A stretch of DNA of 64,000 bases from Camelus dromedarius (lineage: Eukaryota): assembly GCF_036321535.1 (NCBI RefSeq), contig NC_087444.1, positions 43,772,001 through 43,836,000 of the forward strand, in the 5' to 3' direction. The translations under genes and the position numbers were made by a program. The notes beneath the pieces were generated by a model. It was not told where the DNA came from, searched no databases, and saw only the letters and a program-made list of their open reading frames with translations. Shown here piece by piece: positions 63,847-64,000 of the stretch (positions are counted from its first letter, which is position 1; each line of letters opens with the position of its first letter).

Positions 63847-63993
63847 ATGTTGAGCTGGGCCCAGAAGGTGCTGCCTCAGCCCCCGGAGGCCCGTCGGAAG
63901 ACCAAGACAGAGGAGGAGGAGGGGGCAGAACCAGAGCGGGAGCCAGAGACCGAAACAGCCCTTGAAGAGACTGTCCTAGAGGAGGAGTCCCTG
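63847..63993 (+). CDS. CNGB1: Cyclic nucleotide-gated channel beta 1 / GARP, first coding exon (49 codons); gene continues beyond the window
   Basis: MLSWAQKVLPQPPEARRKTKTEEEEGAEPEREPETETALEETVLEEESL; acceptor ctccacAG at 63838; GTAAG donor at 63994; not in the ORF track (<60 aa). Confidence 0.92.
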
Positions 63994-64000
63994 GTAAGAG

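Overview
Mammalian genomic DNA, not microbial. It is most likely a camelid: a vic-1-type tRNA-derived SINE and a cetartiodactyl-type L1 3' end are present. The window carries the MMP15-USB1-ZNF319-SPMIP8(TEPP)-CNGB1 block. MMP15 is represented by exon 1 only (minus strand). USB1 is complete (7 coding exons, minus). ZNF319 has one coding exon (plus) with a 156-nt N gap and shares a CpG-island promoter with USB1. SPMIP8/TEPP is complete (7 coding exons, 216 aa, minus). CNGB1 is represented by its promoter, a non-coding exon 1 and the first coding exon (plus). Exon boundaries were placed by hand using GT-AG sites and frame continuity. Two old, decayed two-LTR proviruses with intact target-site duplications (TSDs) occupy about 15 kb. 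One is an 8.3-kb MER31-like ERV1 between USB1 and the MMP15 promoter. The other is a 7-kb MLT2/ERV-L in USB1 intron 3 that itself carries two Tigger1 insertions. I found no evidence of a new multi-gene system. The best leads are regulatory: an in-frame 51-codon ORF upstream of SPMIP8 that stops one codon before the main ATG, an Arg-rich strong-Kozak uORF in MMP15, asymmetric decay of the ERV1 LTRs beside MMP15, a (UG)28 tract just past the SPMIP8 poly(A) signal, and periodic C2HC fingers in ZNF319. Gene and repeat family names come from recall of the sequences, not from database searches.
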